Shown: positions 1-9,607 of the stretch, piece after piece | How positions within the stretch are numbered: the stretch's first letter is position 1 | How the letters are laid out: each line of letters starts with the position of its first letter | Assembly: GCA_046351325.1 (NCBI GenBank) | Contig: JAXLYR010000002.1 | Span: 880,334-944,333, forward strand | Direction: 5' to 3' | Origin: Polyangiaceae bacterium | GTDB taxonomy: Bacteria; Myxococcota_A; Polyangia; Polyangiales; Polyangiaceae | DNA: 64,000 nt | The notes under the pieces: model-generated | What the model saw: the letters and a program-made list of their open reading frames with translations, nothing else | Told to the model about the DNA's origin: nothing | Database searches by the model: none | Translations under genes and position numbers: made by a program

Positions 1-90
1 TGCACGTCGGCGTCGAGCTCACGTGGGGCTCCGAGGAGCTCGAGCCGCTCGCGGCGCTCACCGTGCGCTTCTCGGGGAGGCTGCATCCCC

Positions 91-2095
91 ATGTCCGCTC
101 TGTCCTGCCCAAAGCCCCCTGACCGTTCGAGGACCCCGGGAGCGACCATGCGATCGACGTATCGTTTGCTTACCAAAGTGTTCGTAACGAGCGCGCTCGC
201 GAGCGCCTGCGGCGGGCCGGCGCCGCTCACGTCGACCCCCGCAGAGTCGCGCGTCGCGCTGGGCGCTGGTGCGTCGCCCGCGCGCGTCGAGCTCGCGCGT
301 CTCGCAGCGGAGCCTTGCTCGCGCGCCACCGCCGCGCCGCCCATCGAGCGCGTGGGAGACGCCGATCGCGGCTCTTCGATGGCGGTCGCGCGCCTCTCGG
401 GCCGGCGCTTCGCGTTCGCCCTCGAGGCTGACGCGGCATCGTCCGCTCGATCGACCTCGAGCGAAGCGCGAGCGGATCGGATCCGGACGGCGCGGCGAGC
501 GCCGGAGATGCGGCTCGTGCCGAGCCTGACCCCGCGGCCGGCGCGCGAAATCCTCATCGGCCCGACGGGCGCCTCTTCGCCACGATCGAGGAGCCCTCGG
601 TCGTCGAGGTCTTGAGATCCCCGGACGACGGCGTCACGCCGGGCTGCGCGCTCCTTGCCCGCCGAGTTTGGGTCGCGCTCGCCCCGAGGGCGATCTCGTT
701 CGCGCGGCGGCGCGGTGCGCTCACGCCCTCGACGCGGCGATCTCGCCAGTCCGGACGGTCTCGCAGCTCGCGCGCTCTGCGCGTGGCGTCCTCGTCGACG
801 CGCCGGCGGGCTCCACGTCGCGCACGCGTCGGGGGCGCGCGTCTCGTCGATCTCGACACGCCGACACCGCGCGCGCACGGTGATCCTCGTCGGCTCGAAG
901 CGCGTGTCCGCCGCCGGTGACGATCCGAGCACCCCGGCCTGGTGCGACGCAGGCTACGCCGCGCTCGCCTTGCCCACCCTCGAGAGCAGGCACGCGCCTT
1001 GATCGCGAGCGCGATCTACCTCGTCCAGGTCCTGCCGATCCGGGGTGCCCTTCTTCTTCTTCGACGAGCCGCGCAGCTACTACGGCACGCCGCGCGACGG
1101 CCAGCCGCGGTTCGTGCCCACGGTCACCGTCCTCGATCCCGCGTCGCAGCGCATGCTCTCGGACACGGTGCTGCTCGCGCGCGCGACGCCGCTCAAGAAT
1201 CGCTGCCTTTTGCCCCGCGCCGTCGCCACCGACAGCGCGAAACGGCGTGCTCTTCGTCGCGTGTTGGGGCATCGACGCCGTGGTCGGGCTCGACGCGTGG
1301 ACCGCCGATCCCTTCCGCGCCGAGCAGGTGCGCGCGAACGTGCCCTCGGGCCCGAGCGGCGTGGTCTTCGACGCGAGCCGCGGCGAGCTCCTCGTGCACT
1401 CGCAGCTCGGCGGCGCGATCAGCGTGCTCGACGGCACCTCGCTCGAGGTTCGCCACGTCGTGCGGCTCGACCGCGTCGCGCCTAGCGCGACGATCGAACG
1501 CGGGCGCGCTGCGTTCTTCAGCACCGGCGACGGCCGCGGTCTCCTGAGGGCTTCGGCTGCGCGAGCTGCCACCCCGATGGCCTCGACGACGGGCTCACGT
1601 GGATCACGCCCGAGGGCCCGCGCCAGACGCTGATGCTCGCAGGGCGTCTCGAGGGGACCGCGCCTTACGGCTGGACCCGTCACCGTGACACGCCGCCCGG
1701 TACATCTCCGACACGATCCGCGTCCCCCGGGGGCGCGGCCCCGGCGACGCGGACACCGAGTCGCCGTCGCGTTCGTGAAGACGATGCGGCCGCCGCCGCG
1801 CCTCGGCGTGAGCAGCGAGGTCGCGCGCGGTCGCCAGCTCTTCGGCGAGGCGGGCTGCGCTGCGTGTCACCTCGAGGGCTCGGGCACCGACGGCGAGATG
1901 CACGCGCTCGGCGCGAGCGCCTCGGTCGACACCCCGACCTTGCGCTTCATCTCGGGGACCGCGCCGTACTTTCACGACGGTCGTTACCTCACGCTCGAGG
2001 ACCTGCTCGCCGATCCCGATTCGAAGATGGGGACCTCGGCTGCGCTGCCCGCCTCCGATCGCGACGCGCTCGCGGCGTACCTCGAGACGCTGTGA
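91..2095 (+). pseudogene. Disrupted gene for a secreted c-type cytochrome / beta-propeller-like protein. The reading frame changes at least three or four times.
   Basis: Lipoprotein-like signal (LTKVFVTSALASACGG) at the 5' end. Protein-like segments continue in three different frames: YYGTPRDGQPRFVPTVTVLDPASQRML; then VLFVACWGIDAVVGLDAWTADPF...FFSTGDGRG; then GFGCASCHPDGLDDGLTWITPEG (CxxCH); then QLFGEAGCAACHLEGSG (second CxxCH)...YFHDGRYLTLEDLLADPD. Frame switches coincide with short homopolymers (e.g. aaa near 1240). Confidence 0.35.
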
Positions 2096-2126
2096 GCCGC
2101 GTCGTCACGCTGCTAACCGAGCGGTC

Positions 2127-2555
2127 ATGCATCGCGCGCTCTCGTCCCTCCTCCTTCTCCTCGTTGCGTCGCTCGGCTGTGGCGCGAAGGTCGTCTTCAC
2201 GAGCGATGGGGGAGGGGGCGCGGGCGGGTCGGACTCGACCGGCGGAGCGGGCGGCGTCGTCTCGTGCGATCTGCTCTCTTTCCAATACGAAGATTCGCTG
2301 CGTGCCGCGGTCGAGTGCGACCCGACGTTGAGCATCCCGCAGTGCGACGGGACCGCCGTCGTCAGCGACACCTGCGGCTGCCCGAGCATCCTCTTGAACG
2401 AGCACAACCCGGAGTACGTCGCGATGGTCCAAGAGGCCTACGCCGATTGGGTGGCCGCGGGCTGCGGCCCCTACGATTGCGGACAGGCCTGTAAGCCTGC
2501 GACGCCCGGCTTCTGCGTGCCCGCTGGCGATGCCGGGACCTGTCAGCCCAACTGA
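2127..2555 (+). CDS. Small secreted Cys-rich lipoprotein (hypothetical)
   Basis: Signal peptide with lipobox LLLLLVASLGC. Gly-rich linker GGGGAGGSDSTGGAGG. Ten Cys in the mature part. G/C-rich third codon positions. Confidence 0.6.
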   Translation: MHRALSSLLLLLVASLGCGAKVVFTSDGGGGAGGSDSTGGAGGVVSCDLLSFQYEDSLRAAVECDPTLSIPQCDGTAVVSDTCGCPSILLNEHNPEYVAMVQEAYADWVAAGCGPYDCGQACKPATPGFCVPAGDAGTCQPN

Positions 2556-2569
2556 AGAGCGCGCCCGAG

Positions 2570-3511
2570 CTACCTGCGAAACACCTTCGCGGGGCTCTGC
2601 TGCATGAGGTCGGCCCAGCGGAGCTCGCCCACGTAGGGCGCGGCGCGTGGGTCCGTGATCGGATATTCGGAGGGCGCGGACTCGCGAGCCTCGAGGTCGA
2701 TCGAGCCCTCCTGCCAGCGGACGTCGAGGTGGTAGCCGCTATTGGCGAGGCGTGGCGGCGGGCAATATTCGTCGCCCTCGTAGACACGCTCGTAAGCGCT
2801 CTCTCCCGAGGGGATGTCGAAGCACTTCAGGTGGAGATCGGCGTCACGGCTGCAGTAGACGATGCGCTCCTCGGTCGAGCCGCGCTCGGTGCAGATCCCC
2901 ATGTCGGAGTCGACCGTCTCGATCGTCACGCGCGCCGCGAGCTCGGTGTTGCGCAGCCCCTCGGCGCCGCTCGCTGGGTACGCCTCGATCGAGTGCGAGA
3001 AGCCGCCGACGCCCGTGCTCATCGCGGCCCCGAGAAACACGGCCTCTCCGCCGCTCGGCAGGTACGCGAACTTGTGCTCCTCGAGCCCGGCGATCTCGGT
3101 CGAGAGCGTGATGATCGCGAGGTCTCGACCACCCCACTCGGGCCCCGCGCGCTCCACGGAGCTCTTGATTTCACCGCAGTCGTCGAGGCGCGGCAGGTCC
3201 GTTTCCGCGCTGCTCTTCTTGCTCGCCGGCGGCGCGAACGTGATCCCGCCCGCGTGGCAGAGCTCCGTCACGAGCCGCTCGGCCATCTCTTCGGCGGTGG
3301 CCGCGCGCGACGCTCGCGCGGCGGTCTCGGGGAGCGGCCGCGGGGCCACGATCGTGTGCGGGGCTGCGGGTTCGCTCGTCTGCGCGGGCGCGGGTGCGCA
3401 GGCCGCGACGGCCATCGAGATCGACAGCCCGGCAAAATGTGAGGCGACCCTCAGCTTCGTGGAGCGCGTGAGCGTGAGCACGCTCTGACAACGCCGTCGC
3501 GCCCCATTCAC
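2570..3511 (-). CDS. Hypothetical secreted lipoprotein
   Basis: N-terminal hydrophobic segment with AVAACAP lipobox-like cysteine. 313 aa ORF with genome-typical codon usage and no recognisable catalytic motif. Confidence 0.55.
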   Translation of the reverse strand: MNGARRRCQSVLTLTRSTKLRVASHFAGLSISMAVAACAPAPAQTSEPAAPHTIVAPRPLPETAARASRAATAEEMAERLVTELCHAGGITFAPPASKKSSAETDLPRLDDCGEIKSSVERAGPEWGGRDLAIITLSTEIAGLEEHKFAYLPSGGEAVFLGAAMSTGVGGFSHSIEAYPASGAEGLRNTELAARVTIETVDSDMGICTERGSTEERIVYCSRDADLHLKCFDIPSGESAYERVYEGDEYCPPPRLANSGYHLDVRWQEGSIDLEARESAPSEYPITDPRAAPYVGELRWADLMQQSPAKVFRR

Positions 3512-4905
3512 ATCCCGCCTGCTGCGTCGGTCGTCGCCGCGCTCGCCGGATCATCCTCGACCTGCGGCTCGATGATCTCGAGCTTGCGCCAGCGCCCGCT
3601 CCTGAAGCGCAGCACCATCACGACCGCGAGCAGCGCGAGGTAGACGATGAGCCAGAGCGCCGCGCCCCGTTCGCGCAGGTGAAAGACACGGGTCGACACC
3701 ACAGCACCCGGAACGAACACGAGCCAGCCGATGCCCGCGCGCGCCCACAAACTGAAGGTCGTGTCGCCCGCGGCGCGCAGCGCCTCGACGTATGCGACCG
3801 CGACGCCGTCGAAGAGCTGCCAGACCGCGCTCAGCATCAGGAGCCCCGCGGCCAAGTCGAGGAACTCGGCGGCGCCGGGTGGCACGAACGGGCCGAGCCA
3901 AACACGCGGCGCGATCACGTAGAGCGCGGCGCAGAGCCCCTGCCAGCCGACCGTCGTGAGCACCGTGAGCCGCACGGTCGCGGGCACGTCGTCGCGTTGG
4001 TTCGCGCCGATCGCCTGGCCGACGAAGATCGAGCCCGCGGTCGCGAGCGCGAAGGCCGGCATGAACGCCACCGAGTTCAGCTGGATGACGGCCATCGTCG
4101 CCGCGAGCTCCGCCGTGCCGAGCCCGCCGACGACGACGTTCACGAACAGCAAGAACGCGAGCATTTCGATAAGGAAATTGAAACCCACCGGCAAGCCGAA
4201 GCGCAGCGTGCGCCCGAGCTCGCGCAGCCTCATCGGGCCGGCCGGTGCCTCGCGGCTCCTGAAGAAACAGAACGCGAGGAAGAGGAACGCGACGGTGGTC
4301 GCGAGCGTCGAGGCGAGCGCCGAACCGCGCACGCCGAGCGCGGGCGCCCCCCAGTGACCGCCGATGAGCACCCAGTTGAGGAGCACGTTGAGCACCATCG
4401 CGAGGACCTGCGCGGTCATCGGTAAGACGGTGTTCTTGATACCGCCGTAGTAGCTGCCGAGCGCCTCGAGGCCGACGGCCGCGCCGACCGACAAAAGCCT
4501 GATGTTCATGTAGCCGCGGATGAGCTCGCGGACCGAGGGCGACACGCCGGTCGCGCCGAGCATCGTCCCGAGGGCGGGCAAGGCCGCGATGGCCATGAGC
4601 TGCGCGCCGAGCGCGATGACGAGCCCGTAGTGCGCGAAGCGACGCGCGCCGGCTGCGTCCCCGCGGCCCGTCATCTGCGCGGCGAACGACCCGACGATGA
4701 ACACCGTACCGAGCGCCAAGCCGAGGAACGCGAAGCTGTTCATCGCGCCCGTCGTCGTGGCCGCGAGCGCGTCCTCACCGAGCGGCGCGACGAGCAGGCT
4801 GTCGGTCACGCCGATCACCACCTGCGCCGAGCGCGCGATCACGATGGGCCAGGCGAGTCGGAGCAGCTGCGAGAGCGAAGGGCGGCTGACGACGACTTCC
4901 TGCAT
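3508..4905 (-). CDS. MATE family multidrug/oligosaccharidyl-lipid efflux transporter (NorM-like)
   Basis: About 12 predicted TM helices. N-terminal LRLAWPIVIARSAQVVIGVTDSLLV is typical of the MATE family. I chose the internal MQEVV start; the ORF extends to 5049 through an Arg-rich leader. Confidence 0.8.
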   Translation of the reverse strand: MQEVVVSRPSLSQLLRLAWPIVIARSAQVVIGVTDSLLVAPLGEDALAATTTGAMNSFAFLGLALGTVFIVGSFAAQMTGRGDAAGARRFAHYGLVIALGAQLMAIAALPALGTMLGATGVSPSVRELIRGYMNIRLLSVGAAVGLEALGSYYGGIKNTVLPMTAQVLAMVLNVLLNWVLIGGHWGAPALGVRGSALASTLATTVAFLFLAFCFFRSREAPAGPMRLRELGRTLRFGLPVGFNFLIEMLAFLLFVNVVVGGLGTAELAATMAVIQLNSVAFMPAFALATAGSIFVGQAIGANQRDDVPATVRLTVLTTVGWQGLCAALYVIAPRVWLGPFVPPGAAEFLDLAAGLLMLSAVWQLFDGVAVAYVEALRAAGDTTFSLWARAGIGWLVFVPGAVVSTRVFHLRERGAALWLIVYLALLAVVMVLRFRSGRWRKLEIIEPQVEDDPASAATTDAAGGM

Positions 4906-5063
4906 CGGGCGGGCTGGACGGACGGTCCACGCGGAGACTGACACAGCGCGGTATCCGGTCGCCCCAAAAAAAGATCGGGACTTCGTAGGGAGCCTCGCCC
5001 GCGCCACGTCGAAAGGTTGTTCGTCAGTCTCTGGCGAACGAAAACGCAAACTCCCCTGTCGAG

Positions 5064-6194
5064 GTGATCATGATCTCCAATCGGGTTCGTTGGCTTTCTC
5101 TCGTTCTTCCCCTGACGCTCTCGCTCGGGGCGTTCGGCTGCGACAACCGCGCGCCGAGCAGTGAGACCGACGAGGCCGACGAGAGCGCCGAGCAAGCGAT
5201 CGAGCAGGGTCAGGGCAGCGAAGTCGCGAGCCCCAACGCTGCCGCGCAGCCCGATCGCGCCGGCCGCGGTGGTCACCGCATGGAGCGCGGCATGCGCCAC
5301 GGCCAGCCCGGGCCCGGCGGTCTCTTGCACGCAGCGCTCATGAACCTCGACCTCGACGAGGCGCGACAGACCGCGATCCGCGCCGAGATTGACGCCCTCG
5401 AGGCCGAGCGCCCGAAGTTCGAAGACAACGCCGAAGCTCGTCAGGCCCTCGCGGACGCCGTCCGCTCCGGCAACGCGAGCGAGGCCGAGCTCGTACGCCT
5501 CGCGGCCGCCGCGCGCCCCGCACCGCCGAGCGAGCCGCCCGCGCGCCTCGCGACCGCGCTGACGAAGCTGCATGACATGCTCTCCGCCGAAGAGCGACAG
5601 GCCCTCGTCGACGCCGTGTCGAAGGAAGGTCCACGCGGCCCCGGTGGTCCGGGCTGCGACGATCCCGCGGGCCCGCCGCCAGGAGCCGACGCGGACGCGC
5701 CCGACGCGCCCGACGCTGCCGACGCGCGCGGCCCGGCGCGCATGGGCCACGGTCCGATGCGTGGCGGCCCGATGGGCGGGCCCGGCATGATGATGCTCGG
5801 CGGGCTCGACCTCAGCGACGCGCAGCACGCGCAAATCAAGGCGATCTTCGAGGAGAACCGACCGAGCGACGCCGAGATGGAGGCGCACCGCGCGCAGCGT
5901 GAGGCCCACCGAGCCGAGCGCGAAGCACGCCTTGCGATGTTCGCGGCCGACTCGTTCGACGCAGCGAAATTCCTCGAGCGCCCTGCGGGATTCGAGCCCT
6001 TCGCGGGCAAGGGTGACGTCATGGCGAAGACGCTCGCGAAGGTCATCCCCATCCTGACCGCGGAGCAGCGCGCGACGCTCGCCGATCGCATCCAGCAGGG
6101 CCCGATGGAGCACGGCCCGGGCAAGGCGAAGCACGCCGGGAAAAACGGGAAGTTCCGCGCCCGCGGTCAGAACGCGCAGGGCACGGCGCTGTAG
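5064..6194 (+). CDS. Periplasmic Spy/CpxP-like (LTXXQ motif) lipoprotein
   Basis: Lipoprotein signal LSLGAFGC. Two LTXXQ-like motifs (LDLDEARQTAIRAEI and LDLSDAQHAQIKAIF). Pro/Gly-rich low-complexity spacer. Lys-rich tail. Confidence 0.65.
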   Translation: MIMISNRVRWLSLVLPLTLSLGAFGCDNRAPSSETDEADESAEQAIEQGQGSEVASPNAAAQPDRAGRGGHRMERGMRHGQPGPGGLLHAALMNLDLDEARQTAIRAEIDALEAERPKFEDNAEARQALADAVRSGNASEAELVRLAAAARPAPPSEPPARLATALTKLHDMLSAEERQALVDAVSKEGPRGPGGPGCDDPAGPPPGADADAPDAPDAADARGPARMGHGPMRGGPMGGPGMMMLGGLDLSDAQHAQIKAIFEENRPSDAEMEAHRAQREAHRAEREARLAMFAADSFDAAKFLERPAGFEPFAGKGDVMAKTLAKVIPILTAEQRATLADRIQQGPMEHGPGKAKHAGKNGKFRARGQNAQGTAL

Positions 6195-6247
6195 ACTGGG
6201 CCCGCGGCGCGTCCTAGGGCGCGCCGCTCCCACGGACGAGAGGCGAT

Positions 6248-6832
6248 GTGTCGGTCGATCTTGGGCTCCTGGCAGCGCGCGTCGAACGCGGGGACACCGC
6301 AGCGTTCCGCGCGATCGTCGACCACACGCGCGCGAAGCTCTTCAGGCTCGCGGCGCGCATCGTCGGTGATCTCGCGGACGCCGAGGACGCGCTGCAAGAC
6401 GGCTACGTCAACGCGTACCGCGCTCTCAGCGGCCGCACTTGGGATCACCGCTCGCGGCTCGAGACCTGGCTCTATCGCATCGTCACGAACGCGTGCATCG
6501 ACCTCCTGCGCAAACGCAAGGAGGGCGCCGCGCCCACCTCGGCGAGCGAGCCTCGGTTCGACGGGATGGTCTCCGCCGAGGCTCGCGTCGCCCTGCGCGA
6601 GCTCGACGCCCAGCTCTCGACCCTCGCGCCGCAGGATCGCGCAGCGCTCGTGCTCGTCGCGGTCGAGGGCCTCTCTGCTCGCGCCGCCGCCGAGGCCCTC
6701 GGTTGCAGCGAGGGCGCCGTCGAGCAGCGCATCGTCCGAGCGCGTGCGACCCTGCGTCAGTTGGGGGGCGCGCCAAGCGCGGGGGGCGCACCGAGCCCCC
6801 CGAAAAATCCGAAGGAAGGAGCAGCCGAGTGA
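6248..6832 (+). CDS. ECF-type RNA polymerase sigma-70 family factor
   Basis: Region-2-like DALQDGYVNAYRAL...WLYRIVTNACIDLLRKR and region-4 HTH LSARAAAEALGCSEGAVEQRIVRARATLRQ. Probable GTG start. Confidence 0.85.
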   Translation: MSVDLGLLAARVERGDTAAFRAIVDHTRAKLFRLAARIVGDLADAEDALQDGYVNAYRALSGRTWDHRSRLETWLYRIVTNACIDLLRKRKEGAAPTSASEPRFDGMVSAEARVALRELDAQLSTLAPQDRAALVLVAVEGLSARAAAEALGCSEGAVEQRIVRARATLRQLGGAPSAGGAPSPPKNPKEGAAE

Positions 6833-7248
6833 GCGCGCACGATGACGAGTCGATCGACGCACTCCTCGACCGCGCGCGCGCGGCCACCGAGGAGCTCGAC
6901 GCACGAGAAGCCCTGACGGGCGCGGTGATGCGGCGGATAAGTGACATCTCTGTAACCGAGGCCGCGGCCGGCAGCGACCCCGACGCGCTCTTCGCTCGCG
7001 CCGCGGCCGCGACCCACTCCATCGAGCCGACCGCGGCCCTCACGGACGCCGTCATGGCGCGCCTCGCGGTCGAGCCTGTGCGCCGCGCGACGGGCTCGGT
7101 GATGGACGGCGTCGTCCGCGCGGGCCCGGTCGCGGTCGTCGCGGCCCTCGCGGCCGTCGCGGCGAGCATGTGGTTCTTCGTCGAGAGCGAGCGCTCGTTC
7201 GACGTCTCGGTGGTGTCCGCGCTCGACACGATGGAGCTCAGCGAGTGA
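6829..7248 (+). CDS. Putative anti-sigma factor (single TM)
   Basis: GTG start overlaps the sigma-factor stop (GTGA). About 139 aa with a C-terminal hydrophobic helix (PVAVVAALAAVAASMWFFV). This genomic position is typical of anti-sigma factors. Confidence 0.55.
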   Translation: MSAHDDESIDALLDRARAATEELDAREALTGAVMRRISDISVTEAAAGSDPDALFARAAAATHSIEPTAALTDAVMARLAVEPVRRATGSVMDGVVRAGPVAVVAALAAVAASMWFFVESERSFDVSVVSALDTMELSE

Positions 7249-7691
7249 GCACCTCGGCGCCCCCCGCCTCTCCGTCGCCTGCTGCGCGCTCCGCGTTTCC
7301 GTGGCGCGCGATCGTGGTGCTCCTCGCGGTGTTCGTGCTCGGGGGCGCGGCGGGTTTCGCGCTCGGTCGCACGTCGGCGATGCGCGAGCTCGATCGCAAG
7401 ATGGGCGGGCCGCCCGCGGAGGCTCGCGCTGCGTTCCGCCTCGAGGCCATGCGCCGCCACCTCGATTTGTCCGACGCGCAGGTCGACCAGCTCAAAACCG
7501 TCCTCGCCGACGCCGAGCGCGAGCGCGACCAGATCATGACGTCGTGTGGCCCCGGGCTCGAGGACCTGCGCGAGCGCACCGACGCGAAGGTCCGCACGAT
7601 CCTCACCGAAGCTCAGCAGAAAAAATTCGACGAGCTCGAGGAGCGCAGGCGAAAACACGGGTTCGGTCCTCACGGGCCGCCGCCCCCCTGA
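7245..7691 (+). CDS. Periplasmic LTXXQ-family (Spy/CpxP/ZraP-like) protein
   Basis: Start overlaps the upstream stop. TM/signal segment WRAIVVLLAVFVLGGAAGFALG. Motif LDLSDAQVDQLKTVLADAE, a charged coiled region and a PPPP tail. Confidence 0.6.
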   Translation: MSTSAPPASPSPAARSAFPWRAIVVLLAVFVLGGAAGFALGRTSAMRELDRKMGGPPAEARAAFRLEAMRRHLDLSDAQVDQLKTVLADAERERDQIMTSCGPGLEDLRERTDAKVRTILTEAQQKKFDELEERRRKHGFGPHGPPPP

Positions 7692-7700
7692 GCACGACCC

Positions 7701-8195
7701 ATGACGACCCTCGAGACCGAGCGCTTGATCCTCCGCCCCTTCACGCTCGACGACGTCGAGGGCTTCTTCGAACTCGGCTCGCGCCCCAACCTCGTGCGCT
7801 ACGTGGGCCGACACACGCTGGGCTCGCTCGACGAGGCGCGCGAGGCGCTCATCGCGCGGCCGCTCCGCGACTATGCGGTATACGGCTACGGGCGAATGGC
7901 CTGTATAGAGCGCGCTACAGGGCGACTCATCGGGTTTTCGGGGCTCAAATACGAGCCCGAGCTCGGCGAGACCGACATCGGCTATCGCTTCCTCGAGGAC
8001 TCTTGGGGCAAGGGGTACGCGACCGAGGCCGCGACCGCGTCGCTGCGTGACGGGCGCGAGCGCCTCAAACTCCAGCGCATCGTCGGCGTCGTCGTCCCCG
8101 AGAACGTCGCGTCCGTCCGCGTCCTGAAGAAGCTGGGGCTCGTCTACGAGCGCTCCTTCGAGTGGGACGGCGACAAGGTCGATCTCTACGCCTGA
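7701..8195 (+). CDS. GNAT family N-acetyltransferase (RimJ/RimL-like)
   Basis: [20 protein letters not shown]-terminus. Acetyl-CoA motif [15 protein letters not shown]. 164 aa. Confidence 0.85.
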   Translation: MTTLETERLILRPFTLDDVEGFFELGSRPNLVRYVGRHTLGSLDEAREALIARPLRDYAVYGYGRMACIERATGRLIGFSGLKYEPELGETDIGYRFLEDSWGKGYATEAATASLRDGRERLKLQRIVGVVVPENVASVRVLKKLGLVYERSFEWDGDKVDLYA

Positions 8196-8340
8196 GTCCA
8201 CGCCGCGCCCCATCAATTCCCTGGACCCTCGCTCGGTCCCTCAGGCACGATCCTGCGATCGTGAGAAGCACGCTTCACCGCAACTTTGCTCCGAAAACCG
8301 GAGCTTCGAGGACGGCCGAGCGCCGCCCGGGGGAAATGGG

Positions 8341-9516
8341 ATGAGGAAGAATCTCTGCGCGCTCATGGCGACCTCGGCGTTCGGCGTCGCGGCGACGTTC
8401 GGCGGCGTGGCCTCGGCGGCCGTACCCAGCCGGCTGAATCACCAAGGCCGACTCTATGACGCCAATCAGCAGCCCATCACGGGCTCGATCGACATGGAGT
8501 TTGCGCTCTACGACGCAGTCGACGCGACGACGCCGATCTGGAGTGAGACCCATACGGTCGTCTTCGACAGCGGCTACTACTCTATCGCGCTCGGCGACGT
8601 GAGCAGCCTCGACGCGGTCGTGGACGGTCGAGAGCTCTTCATGGGCATCACCGTCGGAACCGATCCCGAGATGACGCCGCGCTCCCCCGTGAACAGTGTG
8701 CCTTACGCGCTCGTCTCGAACAACGCAGTGGGCGACATCACGCCGAACAGCATCCAAATCAATGGCGCTACAATCATCGATGACACTGGGCACTGGGTGG
8801 GCCCCGCGACGGGCCTCATCGGGCCCCCGGGGCCTCAGGGCCTGCCTGGGCCCGATGGTCCTGTCGGCCCCGCCGGCCCTGTAGGGCCTCAGGGTTTGCC
8901 GGGCGCGACAGGCCCCGCGGGTCCAGTCGGCCCGATAGGACCAACGGGCGCGACTGGCCCAACGGGCCCAACGGGCCCCATTGGCGTGATCGGACCTACG
9001 GGCCTCATTGGACCTACCGGCCCCATTGGACCTGCGGGCCCCATTGGACCTGCGGGCCCCATTGGACCTATCGGGCCGACTGGACCCACCGGTCCCACGG
9101 GCCCCATTGGACCCGCCGGGCCGCCGGGCCCTATGGTGTTTGCCCAGGGGGCCGCCAATATGCCAATCCCCAGCTCCGTGTCGGGGCAGACCTTCAGTCA
9201 GCTTGGTCCCTTCGCCACGATAACGGTCAATGGCGCCCAGAACGTCCAGGTCGTCGCGACGATCGCGCTCGGCAGCACGGCAGTGGGCGGCGCCGGGGCG
9301 CTCAACCTGACCATCTGCGATTTCACTACGCTTCAAGTGATGGGGCTTCAACTGCAGGGCATGGCGGTGCCGCAGAACTCACGGGTGCCGATGACCGTGA
9401 ACATGGTCATTCCGACCCCGAGCGCCGGCGCGCACAACTTTGCCCTCTGCGGCGCGACGAGCAGCCCCAACTGGAACAGCCAGGGCGGCGTCTATATCAC
9501 CGCCATCGCCTATTGA
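8341..9516 (+). CDS. Secreted bacterial collagen-like (Gly-X-Y triple-helix repeat) protein
   Basis: Signal peptide [27 protein letters not shown]. About 150 aa N-terminal domain. About 37 uninterrupted G-X-Y triplets ([25 protein letters not shown]...GPAGPPGP). About 130 aa C-terminal globular domain. The antisense ORF 8889-9158 is the mirror artefact of the repeat. Confidence 0.8.
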   Translation: MRKNLCALMATSAFGVAATFGGVASAAVPSRLNHQGRLYDANQQPITGSIDMEFALYDAVDATTPIWSETHTVVFDSGYYSIALGDVSSLDAVVDGRELFMGITVGTDPEMTPRSPVNSVPYALVSNNAVGDITPNSIQINGATIIDDTGHWVGPATGLIGPPGPQGLPGPDGPVGPAGPVGPQGLPGATGPAGPVGPIGPTGATGPTGPTGPIGVIGPTGLIGPTGPIGPAGPIGPAGPIGPIGPTGPTGPTGPIGPAGPPGPMVFAQGAANMPIPSSVSGQTFSQLGPFATITVNGAQNVQVVATIALGSTAVGGAGALNLTICDFTTLQVMGLQLQGMAVPQNSRVPMTVNMVIPTPSAGAHNFALCGATSSPNWNSQGGVYITAIAY

Positions 9517-9607
9517 TCGGCGCGCGCCGAACGCCGGTTATTGGCTGATTCCGGTTGAACGCGGATAGGCTCGCCCTCGAGATGGGCGACTGTCGTCCGC
9601 GTTCCGT

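Noticed and set aside
1-116. Partial 3' end of an upstream gene in frame 2 (…VRFSGRLHPHVRSVLPKAP*)
   Set aside because: Only 38 codons are visible and there is no motif. I cannot tell it apart from a chance open frame in GC-rich DNA.
6483-8216. 577-aa minus-strand ORF antisense to the sigma / anti-sigma / LTXXQ / GNAT genes
   Set aside because: Extremely Arg/Ala-rich and low-complexity. This is typical of spurious open frames on the opposite strand of 70% GC genes. The sense-strand genes carry clear motifs.
8889-9158. Minus-strand ORF that also reads GPxGPx collagen-like triplets
   Set aside because: This is the reverse-complement mirror of the plus-strand G-X-Y repeat: GGN codons read as NCC (Pro) and vice versa. 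Only the plus-strand gene has a signal peptide and flanking domains.
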